From Nemertoderma westbladi (lineage: Eukaryota > Animalia > Xenacoelomorpha), in assembly GCA_032718475.1 (NCBI GenBank), contig JAUCBJ010006535.1, forward strand, positions 1-37,522: 37,522 nucleotides of DNA, read 5' to 3'. Position numbers and translations under genes: made by a program. Positions 10,805-22,367 of this stretch are shown here, in pieces; position 1 is the stretch's first letter, and every line of letters starts with the position of its first letter. The notes beneath the pieces were generated by a model. It had not been told where the DNA came from. It did not search any database and worked only from the letters and a program-made list of their open reading frames with translations.

Positions 10805-13089
10805 ACCAGCATCTCAACGAAGGCGAGTAAGTCCATTATTACACAGACCTTATCTAACAATTGCGCAGCTGCCCTCCGCTTAAATGCACTGGTAGTGAAA
10901 GTGTCAAAGTTATCGCTGATTAAGTTCAGGTTTGAGTTTAGCGGTACAATTTAGGATAACGATGCAAGACTGTACTTGGATTTTATAATTGGAACATTCA
11001 GAATAGATACGATTCGTGCACACGCGCAACTAAAATAAATGGGATACTGAGCATAATTTATATGTAAAAATATAAAAATAATGATTTGCAGGAAATAGAA
11101 ACCAACTGTTTATTGGCCTATGTAATAATATGTCAACACTATGTATTGTGTTTTAGTTCTCACGAGTAGATTACATTAGCAGCAAGAACGTAGAGGCTAT
11201 AGCCTGATAGATTCCATAGAGTAGAAAGAGTAATCCCAAACAATACGAAGTGACTGCAGCTGCCAGTTACACTTTGCCTTAATCATTGCCGCTTCCAGTA
11301 GAATTCGAATCCGAATTCCTGATCCCGAGTTACATGCGATCCTATTGGGCGACGATTCCTAGGGAGCTGACCGACGCGCCGCGATGGCTGACTGTCAGTG
11401 AATGAGAATGGGTCACCCAATCATCTACTCCCTCGGCGGTTGGACTCCTAAGTTCTACTCCTGTTCCTACTCGTGAATTTGAAATGTGAAATTACTTTGC
11501 TTCTACAAGATGCAATGCACCTGAATCAATTTGCAAGCATATACAGATTGAATTGTTGCTCTGACGTTTGATGTAATCTGATAACAAACTAATGGCTAAA
11601 TCAGCCTCTATCACTACGGGCTCCTGATTCGGTTTGCGTTAATAAACTGATTTGATTTTCCAATTCAGGAATGTATTTTGCACTTCCATCATCAAAGGTC
11701 GTACGTCCTTGTATGATTCAATGACCAGGCGTGTTTTGTAATGATAAAAAATTTACCAAAATGTTTTAATCAGTTGCGCCAACATGTCTGAGATGACCTC
11801 GACTGATTGTTGGCCGCGCCGACGATTTTTCGTGATTAGCATTTAATAAACGTTGCAAGTGGTAGTCGCCGCTTGTCAGCGTTGCGTTTACACCCGGAAT
11901 AGACACGTATTTTCATGATATTCATGTATTCATTACGTTTTCACGCTTTAGGAGAGGCCAGCATAAAAGGTAGTTAAAAGAATCCTCACATATTAGGGGT
12001 TTTATAGGATAGACGCATTGGGCAGTGCATGGATGTCTCTTTACATAATGGTAGTAAACGACCTTCCATATGGCTTCCACATTTGCTTTCGAGCTAAGAG
12101 AGACGTCCTTGCTTTCTCTCATGGGAAATCAGGATCTACAGTATATCAAGATTCCTGAAACCATTCAGGTGATTAATAGCCCAAAGTTCCGCGCAAAACG
12201 GAACAAAACTAAATTGACGAAATAATTTCAACCTGGCATATATTTTAGCAGAAAAACCTTTTATAAAGAAACGGAACTGTCCCTCATTACTATTCATAAT
12301 TAAGGCCGCAATAAAATGCTGCTACAATATCCTACAACTTGAAAGAAGTGTGGTTAATCACTGTACCCCAAGGTGCAGGGCTAGTTCCGGTAGCTATTAC
12401 CATAGTTATTTGCGTAGTTTTATTGTCATAGCAGATATGCTACAGTATCGGCTAGCTGGTTAAGTATGGTATGGCCGAAGTTGCGAATTATTGTTTCCAA
12501 GAACTCGGTAGATGCATTCGTTCGTTATTCTTTGTTTGCTAGTTATTTAGGTTCTTAGCCTTAGGTATCCCAAAAATCACTGGGATATAATAGAGGTTAC
12601 TTACTTTACACAACTGGCTGTGCTGAACAACAAATTATTGTATTCAGTGATAGATTTTGTCCGATAAAATTGCGATGATTTTAATCGGTGAACATGGAAA
12701 GCCACTTTAGCTGAGGCGACGAGATCCCTGTCTTATCAGAATATTTATTTATAAATTTTAAATCCCCCCCACCGCATTTGCACATCCCATTATACAGTAG
12801 TAGATGGAAGTTGATTCCATCAGCAAACATAACAACCGGAAAGATATAAGTTAATAATTGCAGATAGGGTGGGAAACTGGACGCAATACAAATTCGAATG
12901 TTATCATGACAATAGAATGATTGCGGGAGGACAGTAGTGATGAGAAAGTATTGAAACTGTGGCTGGAAATAAATTTCGTTCACAATTTCCCTAAGGGGAC
13001 AAATCTCAAACACGAAACGAAGGTTTTCCGACCGGCACATAATTAATAATTAATCTGCATTTTTGATATTCATTTTTCATTATCTTAGA

Positions 13090-16000
13090 CTTTCAAATGT
13101 TCATTGGTCCGATAAACAGACGTCAGCAGATGATAGTGGCAATGGTGGAATTGGTCTATTGATGAATCCAACTGCACATGCAGCATTGGACAAAATAGAC
13201 CAAATCTCTAACCGCATCATCCGTTGCCACTTCTCATGTTCTGGAAGACTGGCTAAGAAGTTTCCTAAGGTGGTTCTGATTGTGTGCTACTCTCCAACTA
13301 GTGTTGCCCCTGTAGAGGAGGTGGAAAATTTCTACCACAATCTACAAGCAGCTACTGAAGGAGTGAATCAGCATGCATTCTTAACATTCCTGGGAGACTT
13401 TAATGCAAGTCTGCATCAATCACCTACATCGCCCTGGGTCTATAGCAATACTGTTAACCGAAATTCTGTCCATCTTCAGGATTTTATCTCTGGAAATGGA
13501 TTGTTTTCGGCTGGAACCCAGTTCAAGAAGCGAACTGGAAAGCTATGGACTCATAGTGGACCCAGTGGTCACAAGTCCCAGATAGACCATATTCTGTTTC
13601 GTAGGAAATACAGGAGCTCTATACAAGACTGTAATGCATTTACACTTCGACCCTTCTCCAGTGATCACCGCCTTATTGTGGCCAAGGTAAGACTTAGTCT
13701 GCGTGCTAGCAGAACAACGAAATCTGCCTTGCCGCGACATGACTGGTCCTCTCTGTTGCAACAGCCAAGTGTGAGATCCAGCTTCACACTACAGCTGAGC
13801 AACAGGTATGAGGCTCTTGCCTCTGAGGCGGCAGATCACTGTGAGGGCTATACTGCATTTACAGAAGCAGTTAAATTAGCAGCTGCAGAAACAGTTCCTG
13901 TATACCCTCGAAACAGGAAAAGGGCCCCCTGGACTGTCAATAAAATTCAGTAGTGCCGAAATGACCTTCATAAGGCGCAGAAAGAGTCCCGACTCAAACA
14001 GACTACAGCGGCAAAGAATGCAGTTAAGGCTGCATCTAGGTCCCTGAACAGGCAGTACTCTGTTAATTTACAGCAGCTAATAAACCAACAGGTTGATGCC
14101 ATCAATGATGCTGACGACAGCAGGCAATCATCCCAGGCATGGAGATCGATCAACTTGCTTGCTGGTCGAAAAAGCCAACCAACCACCAAGGTTAAGGCTG
14201 AATCATCAGCCGATCGCCTCAATGGTTGGAAGGTCCACTTTGAAGAGCTCCTCAATAATGACAGCGTATTGCCTGATAACTTTATAGAAGTAAAAGTGTC
14301 TGAGTCTGTACTCCCAGATATTCCCATTGGTGATATCTCCTTTGCAGAAGTGAAGGCTGCTGCAAAGAGCATTAAGACCAATCGTGCCAGTGGAGTAGAT
14401 GGTGTTCCCCCTGAGGTCTTTAAAATACCTGAGTGTTTAAAGCTCATCTATCCCATCATAGTAGACATGTACCAAACAACAAGAGTCCCACAAGAAATGA
14501 AAACAAATAAGTTGGTGCTTTTTAAGTTTAATTAACGTTTAAAGTTTAAATTTTTAAGTTTATTTAAGTTTAATGTTTCCTCAGAACAAGCACCCAAAAT
14601 ACAAAAAAACAAAAAATGTTATGACAAAGGAACATGATTTGGCTATAGCAAAGCTAGTGTAGCCTTACCATATTCCTATAAGAGGAGGAAACGCGGAGAA
14701 CTGGTGTGATACGGGTGATGCAGGCGTATGGAGTACGATATAGCTGGGATTAAACTATTAATTTGTTTACTTACCTTTACTGTAGATTGTCATGATAAAT
14801 TTCTAACTGAGAGAATGCACTGAGATATATACCTTATGGGATACTGAATGAGTATACTGAACTACTACAGAATACTGAACTCATGAGATTAGGAGCGGAA
14901 AACATTTAAGAAGTGAGATATAAAAGATGATTGAAAAATTAAATAATTTTTCAACCTTTGCATTATAAGAAATTTCCAAATTCAAAAATTTTCTTGCCAA
15001 AAATTTGTTAAAAACAAAAAGATAGAAAATAGTTATTATTAACACGACCCAGAAAGAAGATTGATTTTTACTTGTTTTTTGAAATGCATCTTATTACTGC
15101 TATCACGGATATCTCTCGAGAGGGAATTCCAGAGAAGAGGGCCCTGCATTGAAAGGGACTGATGCCGGACTTCAGTGTGCGTACTGGGTAAATAAAAAAG
15201 ACCAGCGGAGGCAGAGCGAGTATTGTATGTGTGAACAGATGATGCTTTAGTGAATAAGTGAGAAAGAGGATGAGAAGGATTGTGGTGAATTTCATACATT
15301 AGTATGAGGACCTGGTATTTATACAGTCAATCTAGTGGTAAAATGCGTAGCTGCTGATAAATAGGAAAAGATGAGGACTGATAGTGGCTGAAGGTAATAC
15401 ATCGGACAATTTTATTGAGTTTAGTTTTAGGGGACGAGTTATAGATTTGAATGTATTTCCCCATACTATCAACCCGTAAAAAATATAGGGGTAAACTAAC
15501 GAATAGAATAGAGTTCGCATTTTATGAGCTGGCACAATATGGCGTAGTTTATAGAATAATCCTCCACTCTTGGATATTTTTTTCAGAATATGGCTGGTGT
15601 GTTCCCTATATGATAAACTGGAATCTATTAATATACCTAAATATTTGGATGTTGTTGTGGATCTAATTGTTTTCTTATTAATGATTGTTCTGTTATCTTT
15701 GTTGACTTCTTCAAGGCCTTTGATTCAGTCTCTCGCTCACGTATGTTCAGCATACTTTCATCATATGGGATTCCTGATGAAATTATTGCAGCAATCAGAT
15801 CAGTATTCGATGGTTCGACAACATTTGTGTCTACTGTTGACGGTGAGACAGAACCATTTGAAGTGTTATGGGGCGTCCTCCAGGGAGACACACTTGCACC
15901 ATTCTTGTTCATAATTGTTGTTCTACGCATGTCCTTAGATCATCATAATGATGATGGGGTGATGATAACTCCACCTACTGGCTCCAGAAGTCGAGGAAAT

Positions 16001-16848
16001 CCTGCCAAGTACCTAACTGATCTAGACTTTGCTGATGACTTAGGAGTCCTCTCAGAATCACTAGAGGGAGCCCAACGGCTCCTCAGCTCATTAGAACATG
16101 CTGCTTCTAGTGTTGGTCTTTTTATTAACTCCAGAAAGACCAAAATTTTGACAGTTAACTTTGAAAGTCCTCACCAAGTCTCTGATCGGATGAGCATAAG
16201 CTCAAAAGATGGTATGCTTGAGCATGTGGATGACTTCTGTTACCTGGGATCATGGATCCGGAAGTCAGGTGAGGACCTTCGAATACGTAAGGGAAAGGCA
16301 TGGGCAGCCTTGAATAGGCTTTCCAGGATTTGGAAGTCAACCGAGAATTAATCGGAAACTTAAGGTCCGATTATTTAGAGCAGCAGTAGTTCCAGTACTT
16401 CTCTATAGGAGTCCATGCTGGGCTCTAACTGCCGAGGAAACCAAATCACTGGATGGCACATTCACAAGAATGCTACGCCGGGTTCATTGTGTCAAGTACA
16501 ATGCACACATCTCCAACCAGACACTATATAACATTGGAGGTGTCTCATTGGTTCCCCCAAGCTTGACACTAGAACAAATTCGCCTCCGCTTTGCAGGACA
16601 TTGCTTTCGCCGTGAGGACCAGCCAGTGCATAATCTTGTACTTTGGCAGCCTCATGGAGTGAATAAGCATGGTGGACAGCCCATGACTTTCTTGAGACGC
16701 ATCTTAAAGGACACTGGCCTTGAAGATGCGGATGATCTAGCAAATGTCATGGGTGATAGGGAGTTGTGGTGGTGCAATTTTGTCGATAAACCGGCACAGC
16801 ATTCTTAAAAATGCAGCTGCAATGCAGCATGCCGATCCTAGTAGTAGT
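13090..16848 (+). mobile_element. Disrupted RTE-clade non-LTR retrotransposon (APE endonuclease plus reverse transcriptase), 5'-truncated and split by an insertion
   Basis: Endonuclease motifs GIGLL, CYSPT, LGDFNA, SQIDHIL, SDHRLI. In-frame TAG at 13951, same frame continues to ASGVDGVPPE (~14523). RT resumes at ~15686: FVDFFKAFDS, GVLQGDTLAPFLF, DFADD, FCYLGS. Frameshifts near 16345-16470. C-terminus RLRFAGHCFR...LVLWQP...DTGL...MGDRELW; 3' tail TAGTAGTAG. Confidence 0.92.
15039..15688 (-). mobile_element. 3' fragment of a CR1-group (L2/Crack/Daphne-like) LINE nested antisense in the RTE element
   Basis: Minus strand reads SKYLGILIDSSLSYREH...KKISKSGGLFYKLRHIVP...LFYSLVYPYIFYGLIVWGNT, frameshifts, then HTYNTRSA...QGPLLWNSL...FKKQVK. 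This is the typical post-RT C-terminus of these clades. Confidence 0.85.
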
Positions 16849-17254
16849 TATAGTGATTTGTTGGTACTGATAGAAAGCTGACCGTACAAGGATTCCAAAT
16901 ATGTAAGACAATTTGAATTTCGTTGAAAAATAGCGGAGATATGGGCGTTCAAATTTTGCATGGTTTTGCACCGGCGCGAGGTTATTTTATTATATTTAAT
17001 AAATAAACCATATTCTGATATAATCAATCATAAGAAATCTTTATGGTCCCCATTTCTGGAAAAATTATAAAATATTATAGTTTATCAAATAAACATAAAG
17101 AGTCTATTAAAACATTTTAACCACTTTAGGTACTTTAGTGACGATTTATATGAAAATTCACAACGTATGTCGAGTTTATTACCGAGTTTATAACTGTATA
17201 TCACTGTTATGGCTGAGCAGTTAGTCAAAACCTATAAATTGTTCATCAGTCTCA

Positions 17255-17815
17255 TCTCCACCCTCCACAGAACCTCATGTACTCCCCACTCCATCTTCTA
17301 CACCCTCCATAGATTCTCCTGTATTCCAAACGTTATCATGTATAGCCGCCACGGATCTTCCCATACCCTCCAATCCTTCAAAACCTGTAAATTGTTCATT
17401 ATCACTTTCATCCCCACCCTCCACAGATCCACCTGTACCTTCCACCCCATCTTCCCCACCCTCCTCAGATACTCCTGTACTTCTCACCCTGTCTCCCACA
17501 CCCTCCACAGATCCTCCTGTACTTCTCACCCTGTCTCCCACACCCTCCACAGATCCTCCTGTACTTCTCATCCTGTCTCCCACACCCGCCACAGATCCTC
17601 CTGTAGTTCTCACCCTGCCCCCCCACACCCTCCACAGATCTTCCTGTACTTCCCACTCCGTCTCCCACACCCTCCACAGATACTCCTGTACTTCTCACGC
17701 TGTCTCCCACACCCTCCACAGATCCTCCCATACCTCCCACTCCATCTTCCACACCCTCCACAGATCCTCCTGTACTTTTCACCCTGTCTCCCACACCCTC
17801 CACAGATCCTCCCAT
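17255..17815. repeat. 42-bp C-rich minisatellite A (about 9 regular copies at 17415-17815, degenerate copies upstream)
   Basis: Unit CCCTCCACAGATCCTCCTGTACTTCTCACCCTGTCTCCCACA; seen as a 14-aa periodicity (HTLHRSSCTSHPVS) in the ORF track. Confidence 0.95.
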
Positions 17816-17819
17816 TCTC

Positions 17820-18430
17820 CTCTCGCACCTCTACCTACTGCCCTCGCACTAACTCTCCTCTCGCTCCTCCAACTGCTCCCCTTCCACATCTACCTTTTCC
17901 CCTCGCACCTCCAACTGCTCCACTTGCACCTCTACCTTTTCCCCTCGCACATCCAACTGCTCCTCTTGCACCTCTACCTTTTCCCCTCTGACCTCCAACT
18001 GCTCCCCTTGCACCTCTACCTTTTCCCCTCTGACCTCCAACTGCTCCACTTGCACCTCTACCTTTTGCCCTCACACCTCCAACTGCTCCTCTTGCACCTC
18101 TACCTTTTCCCCTCGCACATCCAACTGCTCCCCTTGCACCTCTACCTTTTCCCCTCTGACCTCCAACTGCTCCCCTTGCACCTCTACCTTTTCTCCTCGC
18201 GCCTCCAACTGCTCACCTTGCACCTCTGCCTTTTCCCCTCGCACCTCCAACTGCTCCACTTGCACCTCTACCTTTTGCCCTCACACCTCCAACTGCTTCT
18301 CTTGCATCTCTACCTTTTCCCCTCGCACCTCCAACTGCTCCCCTTGCACTTCTACCTTTTTCCCTCACACCTCGAACTGCTCCCCTTGCACCTCAATTTT
18401 TTTCCCTCCCACCTCTAAAAGCTCCCCTCA
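17820..18430. repeat. 42-bp C-rich minisatellite B (dimer of related 21-mers, about 14 copies)
   Basis: Unit CCTCCAACTGCTCCCCTTGCA + CCTCTACCTTTTCCCCTCGCA; 14-aa periodicity HLQLLPLHLYLFPS. Confidence 0.95.
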
Positions 18431-19739
18431 CGGAGCTCCCAATCTCCCTCTCCCAATCGCAGAAGATAGATCTAAGATGGACCGCATTCCATATAAGACA
18501 GATCAGTATTATTAGTCCTATTTTTATTTACTATCAGTATCTTGATACCGGAACAGCAAGCTGATGTCTAATAAGTAATGAAATGTGGTCTCTATTTTAT
18601 ACCGTAGTCACATAGTTTCTGTATCAGTGTCTTATAACTGGTTCTGGTTAGGATTAGTTTGTTTAGTAGTCAATAGTAAACTCTATGCACTGCGCAGATC
18701 TGTAGATCCAATAACTTAGAATCAAACGCAATAAAGAGGCAGCACTGATACTGTTACCGGTACTACTGTAGGTAGGTAAGTACCAATTCACAGTTAATAC
18801 TGCTGTTCTGTGTGCATGACCTACAGTCTTATCAATATTATAAAGTCTGCACTACTAAAGTGTTACAGGTGAGACATGTCTCATTCTGTAGCCCAAAATT
18901 ATTCGATTTACATGTTACATGTGGGACCTCCCGCCTTGTAACGATTTTTTGTGTTACGGGCTTTTGTTACAGGTGGGACAAAGCTCATGCTGATAACTGA
19001 AAAGCAACTAAAGTCTATTCCATAGTCAATTGTTGCCACAAATGAATACTTATGCAAAAGACCAAGAACTTGGCTATCTTCTGATATTTGAATCTTCATA
19101 TCAAGTTTGTTAGAACTGATTCTAGAGCATGGTAAAGCAGTGCACTTGGTGTTACACATGGGACAATCCTAATTGACATAATCGACTCGCACGTATAAAA
19201 CCAGCCATATCTCTGGTTGTGTTTAGTATTTTTTCGTAAAATCTGGAACATTCCACTTCTTGAAGATTTTCCTTTCAAATAAGAATTTAGTTTATAGAAT
19301 TCCCAAAAAAAACCTTTTGGTGAATTCAGGTGTTACCGTTTGGGACAAGTAATTGTCAAAAATAGGGGTATATTATTGTTGTATTTTAATATGATATCAA
19401 TAAAACAATTTGGAAGTTATTCCATTGCATTCCTCTATAATTTAGCTTTAATAAAATGAGCCATAACTTGTTGAAATACACCCAGTAGATGCCAAAATAC
19501 ATACAATACATACAATGCAATGAACTTTTTTGGACAATTGAAAAACCTGCATTTTTTAGTACTAAAACGTCTGTAAATCTTTCAAAGTCGGAGTGGCAGT
19601 ATTTTTTTTTTGTGCATCTGTTGGACCATAAAATTATCTTCAAAAATATATATAACTTTACTAGGTTCCAAAAAAAAATTTCATTCTAAAATTAAGTCGA
19701 ATCGTGTGGGAAACGTTTTTGGCCACTTTTTGTGAGTTT

Positions 19740-20705
19740 GGGCCATAGGTGGTTTTGGATGCTGATTACGATTCTAGAATCCAGAACTTAAATATAGCAT
19801 TCGAAAAGATTTCTGGTAATTTGTAATGAGCTCTCTGGGGCACGAAAAAAAGTAATGCTGATACGATAATGGAAAATCACAACCAAATCAACCAAACTTA
19901 ATGACATTATGGGTTTTATGGGACGCCGATATAGTATCCGATTCATTGTGGTATTTTTTTGTGCCAATGCAAAGTGGCACGAAAATTACAAGTACCACAT
20001 ATTAGATAATCATAAGTAATTACAAAATCAAACTGTTTTTATGGCTTTATGAGTTTTCTGAATAGCTGAATTCGAATATGACTCTCAAAAATTCAGTGTC
20101 TGAATGTTTATGATATTTTTAAAATGTGCCAATGTGGCACGAAAAATACAAGTAGCACATATCGTTAATAAATTGTATGGTAACACTACCATAAAAGATT
20201 TATAACAAGTTCTATCGTGATCAGTGACCTCGAAAAACCTTCAAATTATCCAAACAAATTCAATTTGTGGAAGTTCGAAATTTTATGCTACTTGTATTTT
20301 TCGTCGCACCAGGCAATCACATAAAACGATCTTTGCGATATCATGAAAGAATTCTAACGAGTTGAATCGTGATCAGCGACCTTAACAACCGTCCCCACAG
20401 TGTAGATTCAGAATTACCCAACCAAGGGCAAAATTTAAAATTTTGAAATATTTGCTACACTACTTTTCAGCCTAGAGCCGAAAATGACACCAAAATTATA
20501 GTTTAATTACCAGAATTATTTTTAACTAGTTTCATCGTCATCAGCAACCTCGAAAACCCCTATAGGCCTACCTTCAGAAATATTCAACAATAAACAACAT
20601 TTATTATTTTGAAATATATTTTTTCCACTTGTACTTTTTGTCCTGGGGACCATAATAGCACCAAAAATGATGGTTGCAATGCCAGAAAATATTTTTTACA
20701 AGTTT
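19740..20705. mobile_element. Foldback-like element whose inverted arms are built from ~150-165-bp tandem subunits
   Basis: Left arm repeats GGCACGAAAA(A/T)TACAAGTA-like motifs (~19838, 19975, 20135). Right arm has the complement GCTACTTGTATTTTTCGT (~20287) and ATCGT(G/C)ATCAG..ACCT..AAAACC (~20215, 20366, 20534). Symmetry centre is near 20190. Confidence 0.6.
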
Positions 20706-20769
20706 TATTTTGTGCTTTTACTGTAACTATTTTAATTCGTTTTCATTGTTTGGTAGGCTTATAAATATA

Positions 20770-20855
20770 AAGGTGTAATATTATGGTTTTGTTCAGAAAT
20801 GGAAAAAATGAGATAGCGCGTCACCGGGAGTTGAACCAGCGCTATACGTACGTTT
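20770..20855 (-). mobile_element. Truncated third copy of the hammerhead-bearing family A repeat (3' half of the ribozyme plus tail)
   Basis: Minus strand AAACGTACGTATAGCGCTGGTTCAACTCCCGGTGACGCGCTATCTCATTTTTTCCATTTCTGAA matches ~28768-28830 and the complement of ~28552-28614. Confidence 0.85.
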
Positions 20856-20970
20856 AAAGTACCAAAAGATAGTGACATACTAGTCGGCTCATCGTCAGTA
20901 AGACGTGGTAATTTGAATAATAATCGGGCACAATTGTTGTATGCTACCCTTATTATGTCATAAACACGCT
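20856..20970 (-). mobile_element. Short remnant of a non-LTR retrotransposon C-terminus
   Basis: YDIIRVAYNNCARLLFKLPR...TSMSLSF resembles the VAYNN.FR....LPR..S.S..F motif found downstream of RT in invertebrate LINEs; clade not assigned. Confidence 0.55.
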
Positions 20971-22022
20971 CGCTATATTTGTGTGAGAAACTTTGGAATT
21001 TTGGACACTGATTCACACAATATTTTCCACTGTATACATAACATTGTTGGACTAGTCCGTTTGGATAGATCCTTATAGGTTCGGTGGACCATGTTGTTGC
21101 AAATGCGTCAATATGTGGATTAGTTGTCCAGAAATCATCATCACTTGAGTAGATGTCCTCTTTATCGTCTTTTTCATCAACATGTTCACTCTTGCAAACA
21201 TTCTCTTCTCCTTCCTGGGACTGGATGGCTAGACTGTGAACCGTCGGGATGGTTTTAGGTTTTGTATCAGATATTTTGTTTAATTTCTCCGCTTTTCCTT
21301 TCCGCAACGCGAGAATGGTCTTTGTCTGCGCCATAGATGGAAGTATTCCAGTATAGGATTCTCCCATTTGGACGGATAAAAGTTCCTTGGCCGCAAGGTT
21401 GCATCAAATATAAGAAAAAGGAACAGCATTGAGCTAAAAGTTTAGCAATAGGGGTTTTCCTGGTCGCAGAATTCATTTCGAGTGTCAATTTTAACATTTG
21501 ATGACTTCCAAATTGTCTGTTTGGCTGTCAGATTGTCGGTTTTATTTTGACAGACAGACTGACAGGCATACAGACAGAACCGACAAGGCTAAGATGACAT
21601 ACGGGGCCTTAAATGAGCCAATCCTGACGAAACACAAAGAATTTTAAAAGGGCCCCGGTAAATTGCTCATTCATGCGTAACCGGTAACCTAGGCGATAGC
21701 TTGCAAGCAACTTCTTGCCTTAAGTCAATCCCTCTCGCTAACATTAACTCTACAATATTTATCAGTATGGGACCTGTATACCCTAGGGCTAAATATGGCG
21801 AGCTGAAAGTCCATGGCGGGGTGGTAGCCGGGGTGGTGCCATCAATGATGTCATTCGGTTAGTAATATATAATAACTATTTATTGGTAATTCTAAAAATA
21901 GAAATCAATTTATAGATTAAATAAGTAATGCAATTAAATAAAGTAAAAGTAATCCAATTAATTAATTAAAAATTAAATACAAATAAATAAATAGTAATAA
22001 ATAAAAGGATAGAGGTGTTACT

Positions 22023-22322
22023 TATGACACCTGTTTGGCCCTCTAAGCGACAGTTAGTCATCACTCATGACTCATTGGGTGTTAAGGCGCTAATCGGTCT
22101 GATTAATTAGGATAATCAATTAAACCGTCATAGTGTAAAAGTGTCATAAGATACCTATTAGGGATTAATGTACTAATTAATTGATGACACCCGTCAATTA
22201 GGGTCTAATTAGCCTAATTGGGAGGTTCACCCAGACAGTCTGGCGCCAATGACACCCTATGGGTGTCACATTGCTAAGCGCTGAGTCATGAGTGAGGACT
22301 AACTGTCACTGAGCCGGTCATA
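22023..22322. mobile_element. ~300-bp MITE with inverted termini and TA ends
   Basis: GACAGTTAGTCATCACTCATGACTCA (22049-22074) and TGAGTCATGAGTGAGGACTAACTGTC (22282-22307) match 25/26 as inverted repeats. Outer ends TATGAC...GTCATA; internal hairpin TGACACCC-TAT-GGGTGTCA. Confidence 0.75.
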
Positions 22323-22367
22323 CTATTACTACTTATATATAAAAACCCTATTATAATATTATTACAA

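Noticed and set aside
13951-13953. Programmed readthrough of the in-frame TAG in the RTE ORF
   Set aside because: The element also has frameshifts and a deletion, so a simple nonsense mutation is the more economical explanation.
17209-18418. Long ORFs including CxxC repeats (YRRICGGCGRQGEK), Pro/His-rich and Leu-rich proteins
   Set aside because: All are by-products of 42-bp minisatellites open in several frames on both strands, with frame-breaking indels between units.
18908-19278. Coding-looking segments here and at ~24040-24270
   Set aside because: Frames are interrupted by stops and I recognise no motif; they cannot be supported without a homology search.
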